From the IMG/VR virus record IMGVR_UViG_2917403263_000003: 43,151 nucleotides of DNA. One strand, written 5' to 3'. This DNA is from a virus. Lineage: Duplodnaviria; Heunggongvirae; Uroviricota; Caudoviricetes. A model generated the notes under the pieces. The model was not told the origin of the DNA and made no database searches. It saw nothing but the letters and a program-made list of their open reading frames with translations. Positions 38,066-43,151 of the stretch are shown here, in pieces. Made by a program: the position numbers and the translations under genes. The stretch's first letter is position 1, and each line of letters opens with the position of its first letter.

Positions 38066-38254
38066 ATGGAAACGTTATTAATCAATTCCACTACGCCTGA
38101 AACCCGTTTTGAAATTGGCGTTATAACTGGTGATAAAACTTTTATTGAGGATGCCATTAATCAGATAAAGCGCATGCCAGATTTATTAAATAAAGTATGC
38201 ATTGCTTCAAAGATGGCTCGCTTAAACCTGATGAAAAAAGGATGCTTGCAATGA
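38066..38254 (+). CDS. dicB: DicB-like cell division inhibitor
   Basis: 62 aa METLLINSTTPETRFEIGVITGDKTFIEDAINQIKRMPDLLNKVCIASKMARLNLMKKGCLQ; position after DicF. Confidence 0.6.
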   Translation: METLLINSTTPETRFEIGVITGDKTFIEDAINQIKRMPDLLNKVCIASKMARLNLMKKGCLQ

Positions 38255-38442
38255 ATACTGCATTTGCACTTGTTCTGACAGTTTTCCTTAATACCGGAGA
38301 GCCTGTTGACCTGGTTACAGGTGTATACGGCTCAATGAAAGAATGCACGACCGCTGCAGACGAACAAAAAATTCCCGGTAACTGTTATCCGGTCGATAAA
38401 GTTATTCACACAGATAATAGCGAAATCCCGGCAGGGCTTTAA
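38251..38442 (+). CDS. ydfD: YdfD-like small protein
   Basis: 63 aa from ATG 38251 overlapping dicB-like stop (ATGA); hydrophobic N-terminus. Confidence 0.5.
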   Translation: MNTAFALVLTVFLNTGEPVDLVTGVYGSMKECTTAADEQKIPGNCYPVDKVIHTDNSEIPAGL

Positions 38443-38535
38443 AACAGACCTGCAGTAAATATCCGGTTCCATTTTTATATGCCAGCAATGGCAGGGATTT
38501 GTTCACCCTTAAATCTGTAATGAGGTTAAAACAAA

Positions 38536-39678
38536 ATGAGTAAAGTCTTTATTTGCGCCGCCATTCCGGACGAACAGGCAATAAAGGAAGACGGTGCAGT
38601 TGCTGTAGCCACTGCCATTGAAGCCGGCGACGAACGCCGCGCCCGTGCTAAATTTGCATGGCAATTCCTGGAGCAATATCCGGCTGCTCAGGACTGCGCT
38701 TATAAATTTCTTGTCTGCGAGGATAAGCCCGGCATGCCACGCCCTGCCCTCGATTCCTGGGATACCGAATATATGCAGGAAAATCGCTGGGATGAAAACT
38801 CAGCTTCTTTTGTCCTGGTCGAACCAGAATCCGATCCGATGAACGTCAATTTTGACAAGCTGTCCCTTGAAGTACAGAACGCGGTCCTGGTTAAGTTCGG
38901 TACATGTGAAAACATCACCGTTGATATGGTGATTAGCGCACAGGAGTTACTGCAGGAAGACATGGCAACATTCGACGGGCATATCGTTGAAGCATTAATG
39001 AAAACGCCTGAAATTAACGCTATGTATCCGGAACGCAAACTGTTCGCTATCGGATGGGTTAAGCACAAATGTAAGCCGAGTGCCAAATGGCCCGAAATTC
39101 AGACTGAATTACGTAACTGGAAAAAACGGCAGGACGCAGAGCGCAAAGAGACTGGAAAATACACGTCTGTTGTTGATCTTGCCCGCGCCAAAGCCAACCG
39201 ACAGCACACTGAAAACCCGGCGGGAAAAATCCACCCTGTCACTGCTGCCATTCGTCGCGAATACAAGCAGACATGGAAAACACTGGATGAAGAACTGGCC
39301 TGCTATCTCTGGCCTAGTGATATGGATGCCGGAAACATTGACGGCAGCATCCTTCGCTGGGCAAAAAATGAAGTTATCGCCAAGGATCGCGAAGACTGGA
39401 AGCGTATTTCAGCATCTATGCGCAAACAGCCTGATGCGCTTCGCTACAGCTGTCAGACTATTTTTGGTCTTGTCCGTGAGCGCCCGATCGACATTCACAA
39501 AGACCCTGTGGCACTGAACAAATACATCACTGAATACCTGGCGACAAAGGGCGTGTTTGAGGATGAAGAAACAGACCAGAGCACTGCTGATATTCTCCAA
39601 CCGTCAGCAGCACAAACTGATGCAGTGGAAACTGAAGTATCTGATACCAAAAAAAATGAAAGCAACGCTGGAAACTGA
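38536..39678 (+). CDS. RecE-like protein, N-terminal part (ydfE-like); may be fused to next ORF
   Basis: 380 aa; ends 23 nt after an A8 run (39649-39656) at which the next ORF begins in another frame. Confidence 0.45.
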   Translation: MSKVFICAAIPDEQAIKEDGAVAVATAIEAGDERRARAKFAWQFLEQYPAAQDCAYKFLVCEDKPGMPRPALDSWDTEYMQENRWDENSASFVLVEPESDPMNVNFDKLSLEVQNAVLVKFGTCENITVDMVISAQELLQEDMATFDGHIVEALMKTPEINAMYPERKLFAIGWVKHKCKPSAKWPEIQTELRNWKKRQDAERKETGKYTSVVDLARAKANRQHTENPAGKIHPVTAAIRREYKQTWKTLDEELACYLWPSDMDAGNIDGSILRWAKNEVIAKDREDWKRISASMRKQPDALRYSCQTIFGLVRERPIDIHKDPVALNKYITEYLATKGVFEDEETDQSTADILQPSAAQTDAVETEVSDTKKNESNAGN

Positions 39679-41008
39679 ACCATCTGTAGAGCGTGAGGGG
39701 CCGTTCTACTTCCTCTTTACCGATAAAGATGGCGAAAAATACGGTCGCGCAAACAAACTTTCTGGTCTGGATAAGGCGCTGGCTGCGGGAGCTACTGAAA
39801 TCACGAAAGAAGAATATTTTGCCCGCAAAAACGGTACATACTCAGGTTCACAACAAAATACTGGTGCATCTGACACGATCGCACAACCGGAACTGGTAAA
39901 AGTTACCGCTGACGAAGTAAACCAAATTATGCAGGCAGCCAATATCAAGCAGACTGACGCCGATAAGTTGCTTGCTGTATCACGTGGTGAATTTGTTGAC
40001 GGGATTAGCGACCCGAATGACCCAAAATGGGTTAAGGGGATCCAGACTCGCGATTCTGTGAACCAGAACCTGCAAGAAACGGAACAGAACGACCAGAAAG
40101 CGGAACAAAACAGCCAAAATGCGTTACAAAACGAGCCAGAAACGAAACAGCCTGAACCAGTAGTGCAACAAGAAGTGGAAAAAGGTTGCACCGCCTGCGG
40201 GCAGACAGGCGGTGGCAACTGCCCTGATTGTGGTGCAGTGATGGGCGACGCAACATACCAGGAAACATTCGATGGAGAAAATCAGGATGAATCTCGGGAA
40301 GAAAGTCCGGAGGAAATGGAAGGCACTGAGCATCCGCACAAGGAGAACACTGGCGGCGATCAGGACCACGTCAGCGATAATGAAACTGGCGAGGTGACAG
40401 CTCCCTTAGTTAAGGTGAACGGTCATCATGAAACCACATCCACCAGCAGGGTGTGGCACCATCTGATGATCGACCTTGAAACGATGGGAAAAAATCCTGA
40501 TGCTCCGATTATCTCAATAGGTGCAATATTTTTCGATCCGCAAACCGGAGATATGGGGCCGGAATTTATTAAGACTGTTGATCTGGAAACTGCAGGCGGA
40601 ATCATTGATCGGGACGCCATTAAATGGTGGCTGAAACAATCACGCGAAGCGCAATCCGCCATTCTGGTCGATGAAATCCCGTTGGATGATGCACTGCTGC
40701 AGTTGCGTGAATTTATAGACGAAAACTCCGGTGAATTTTTTGTTCGGGCCTGGGGAAATGGGGCCAACTTCGACAACGTGATTTTACGCCGTTCATATGA
40801 ACGACAGGGAATCCCCTGTCCGTGGCGTTACTACAACGATCGCGATGTGCGCACAATCGTTGAGCTGGGAAAAGCCCTGGAATTTGATGCCAGAGCGGCT
40901 ATTCCGTTCGAGGGTGTACCCCACAATGCACTGGATGACGCCCGCCACCAGGCGAAATACATTTCAGCAATCTGGCAAAAACTGATCCCTAATCAGATTG
41001 ATTTTTAA
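39656..41008 (+). CDS. RecE-like central region with C-terminal DnaQ-type (DEDDh) 3'-5' exonuclease domain
   Basis: [30 protein letters not shown]...[29 protein letters not shown] resembles the middle of Rac RecE as recalled; C-terminus has [34 protein letters not shown]. Confidence 0.6.
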   Translation: MKATLETEPSVEREGPFYFLFTDKDGEKYGRANKLSGLDKALAAGATEITKEEYFARKNGTYSGSQQNTGASDTIAQPELVKVTADEVNQIMQAANIKQTDADKLLAVSRGEFVDGISDPNDPKWVKGIQTRDSVNQNLQETEQNDQKAEQNSQNALQNEPETKQPEPVVQQEVEKGCTACGQTGGGNCPDCGAVMGDATYQETFDGENQDESREESPEEMEGTEHPHKENTGGDQDHVSDNETGEVTAPLVKVNGHHETTSTSRVWHHLMIDLETMGKNPDAPIISIGAIFFDPQTGDMGPEFIKTVDLETAGGIIDRDAIKWWLKQSREAQSAILVDEIPLDDALLQLREFIDENSGEFFVRAWGNGANFDNVILRRSYERQGIPCPWRYYNDRDVRTIVELGKALEFDARAAIPFEGVPHNALDDARHQAKYISAIWQKLIPNQIDF

Positions 41009-41069
41009 TGTTCAACCGTCGCCAGTTGTAGTTGGTATTCTGCAACTGGCGCGTTCCGGAGTGATAGCC

Positions 41070-41339
41070 ATGAGCGAACAGTACCTGATAACGCTCGACG
41101 AGTGGAAACCTAAACGGTTCAGTCTCCCAATAACAAACACTACCTTGGTGAAATACGGAAAACTTGGATACATCGTTCCGAGACCACAAAAAATTCGTGG
41201 GCGTTGGCTGATAGATCGCCGGGCAGTATTTGTTGGACCAGGTGAAACAGGAATTGCGCCGGAAATTCATACTGGCGATGATGATGCACTGAAGGAGATT
41301 TTAACTCATGTCACCGAGGCCACGAAAAAACAGCACTGA
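41070..41339 (+). CDS. excisionase (Xis-like)
   Basis: About 89 aa from ATG 41070; LITLDEWKPKR motif reminiscent of lambda Xis; immediately upstream of and overlapping int. Confidence 0.55.
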   Translation: MSEQYLITLDEWKPKRFSLPITNTTLVKYGKLGYIVPRPQKIRGRWLIDRRAVFVGPGETGIAPEIHTGDDDALKEILTHVTEATKKQH

Positions 41340-42425
41340 CGTAGCCGGTCTTTACGAAAAGTTTGATCGCAGAACTGGCAGGGTTTACTACCAGTATAAA
41401 AACCCTGTGACTGGAAAATTTCACGGGCTCGGAACAGACAAAGGCAAAGCAGAAAGAATCGCTTCCACAGCCAATCAGCGAATAGCTGCAGCAGAAGCTG
41501 AATACTTCATGCGCAAAATTGATGAAAGTCCGTCAGCAACAAAACGTCGGGGTATCAGATTAAAGCATGGGTTGATCGGTATCTGAAAATACAGGATACA
41601 CGACTGAAAAATGGGGATATTGCAGCTACAACCCACAAAGAAAAAGCGCGAATGGCTGCATACCTGGTTTCCCGCCTGGGAAACCACCCATTGAAAGAAC
41701 TTGAAGTAAGAGACTTTGCATTGATACTGGACGAGTGGCTGGATAAAGACATGGTGAGCACAGCGAGAGTAAATCGCGGATTATGGGTTGATATTTATAA
41801 AGAAGCACAGCATGCAGGGGAAGTCCCTCCCGGATGGAATCCTCCGGAGGCTACCCGTAAACCGATCCCTAAAGTAACCAGAGCCAGGCTCACTCTGGAA
41901 GACTGGCAAAAAATTTACAACGCAACACCTGAAAAACACTTTATCCGTAACGCAATGCTTCTTGCGATTGTTACTGGCCAGCGCCGTGATGACATATGCC
42001 ACATGCGTTTTTCAGATGTGTGGAACGATCACCTGCATATTACCCAGGGAAAAACTGGAATGCGTCTGGCGTTACCGCTTACGCTACGCTGTGATGCCAT
42101 TGGGATATCGCTAAAAGAAGTGATTAATGGATGCAGGGACAGAATATTGAGTCCATACCTGATTCATAGTCGGCACCAGAAACAACCAAAACCAATGAGT
42201 AAAGACAACCTGAGCGATTACTTTGCCAAAGCGCGGGAGCTGGCTGGAATAATTCCACCAGCAGGAAAAACACCGCCAACATTTCATGAACAACGCTCCC
42301 TGTCAGAACGGCTGTACCGCGCACAGGGTATCGATACAAAAACATTACTGGGACATAAAGTCCAGGCAACCACCGATCGCTATAACGATACTCGTGGTCA
42401 GGAATGGGTTAAATTGGTTGTTTGA
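41308..42425 (+). CDS. tyrosine integrase (lambda Int family), interrupted by a single-base frameshift
   Basis: N-terminal arm-binding-like domain in ORF 41308..41586; the catalytic part (WVDRYLKIQ..., HEQRSLSERLY, TDRY) continues in another frame from about 41550 to 42425; one G added in the G4 run 41549-41552 restores a single frame. Confidence 0.8.
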
Positions 42426-42470
42426 CGAAATAAATACAGCTGAAAAATGTTGATATTGCTTTGCTAGTGT

Positions 42471-42493
42471 AAAAACCCCGGCATCAACCGGGG
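42471..42493 (-). terminator. intrinsic terminator between int and the convergent flanking gene
   Basis: ccccgg-catcaa-ccgggg hairpin followed by T5 on minus strand. Confidence 0.4.
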
Positions 42494-42535
42494 TTCGGAG
42501 ACTAATCTTGATCTGATGCCTGGTTAGAGTAATGT

Positions 42536-42970
42536 TTACCAGCAATAAATACGGAAACTAATGCCAAAAGATCTACTGAAACGAGTGTTACAGCAAGACC
42601 TGTTTGTCCCCTCGCGCCAAAAAAGACGGCTGCCAGTATGATAATCAGCGCGATACAGAAAGCCATTTTCTGACCATTTTTTTGTGATCTTTATACTATC
42701 AGCGACTGTTTTATGGCGATGAGCTTGCTCTTTTTCCGTCAATTCAACGAGTCGATTTGCAAGCCCGGGAATCAATTGCTCATACTCTTTCAGCATTGAT
42801 GGCGGAGGAACCGGTCCCTGAAAATGCTGGCAAACGATAGCTCGCCCTTGCGGGCTATCCAAAACCCGATTTAAAACCTCTGGATTTTCGATTACTCGAG
42901 AAACCAGTTCGTTATCTTTTTGTTCTTCACTGGTGAGTTCAGCATTCTCACTTTCTTTTTGGTCTGGCAT
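42536..42970 (-). CDS. hypothetical protein with probable C-terminal transmembrane hairpin (frame interrupted)
   Basis: N-terminal ~100 aa soluble; listed C-terminus is W/C/R-rich junk while the adjacent frame reads MAFCIALIIILAAVFFGARGQTGLAVTLVSVDLLALVSVFIAGK...; beyond predicted prophage end. Confidence 0.3.
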   Translation of the reverse strand: MPDQKESENAELTSEEQKDNELVSRVIENPEVLNRVLDSPQGRAIVCQHFQGPVPPPSMLKEYEQLIPGLANRLVELTEKEQAHRHKTVADSIKITKKWSENGFLYRADYHTGSRLFWREGTNRSCCNTRFSRSFGISFRIYCW

Positions 42971-43151
42971 TGTTCAGTTTTTCGAAGTTAACGGATACCG
43001 CTGCTCTTTGGAAATCACCTCTGATAGCTGCCGCATCCTGACGCAAAGCGGCAACTGAATTTGCTGGCATGCCACTTGCTGAAACGACCGCCGGGCTCAG
43101 GGCTATAACCGAGCCAATGGCTTGCAGCAAAGCAACCCTTTTACGATTCAT
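42948..43151 (-). CDS. hypothetical small secreted protein (start at window edge, possibly truncated)
   Basis: 67 aa with signal-peptide-like N-terminus; ATG coincides with last 3 nt of window. Confidence 0.2.
   Translation of the reverse strand: MNRKRVALLQAIGSVIALSPAVVSASGMPANSVAALRQDAAAIRGDFQRAAVSVNFEKLNNARPKRK

Noticed and set aside
39557-39655. N-terminal 33 aa of the listed 483-aa exonuclease ORF
   Set aside because: Merely the open stretch of this frame overlapping the end of the preceding ORF; the functional start is the ATG at 39656 or a fusion with the upstream ORF.
40060-40160. Imperfect tandem DNA repeats (gaacagaac / gaacaaaac / gaaacgaaacag) as a repeat element
   Set aside because: They encode a Q/E/N-rich low-complexity protein linker inside the RecE-like ORF; not an independent repeat feature or CRISPR array.

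Overview
Almost the whole window (about 1..42,470) is one prophage on a lambdoid, Qin-like backbone; its left end runs off the window. All calls are from reading the ORF translations and the DNA by eye; no searches were run, so family names are recalled similarities, not database hits. Plus strand, right side: dicA-like repressor with palindromic operators, ydfA-like, DicF sRNA, dicB-like, ydfD-like, a RecE-like protein with a DnaQ-type exonuclease domain, excisionase and a tyrosine integrase. Minus strand, from 36.2 kb down: dicC/Cro-like, YdaT-like, replication initiator, small nin-like genes, Hok toxin, DUF968/YdfU-like, RusA, Q antiterminator, an AT-rich island, an orphan DNA methyltransferase, two tRNAs, a lysis cassette (TerB-like, membrane proteins, M15 endolysin), lambda-type packaging and head genes, then a P2-type contractile tail module (V W J I H G FI FII E/E' T U X D) and a lambda-type side tail fibre plus assembly gene. 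Most interesting points: a baseplate gpI fused to an Ig-like domain and about 20 BspA-type leucine-rich repeats; a TerB-domain protein leading the lysis cassette; a tRNA-Gly-like gene with a 5-nt insertion in the anticodon arm; and a RecE-like protein whose C-terminus is a DEDDh exonuclease. Caution: at least five genes (gpX, terminase large subunit, RecE-like, integrase, one flanking ORF) are broken by single-base indels in homopolymer runs, which may be assembly error rather than biology. No CRISPR array, IS element or rRNA was seen.
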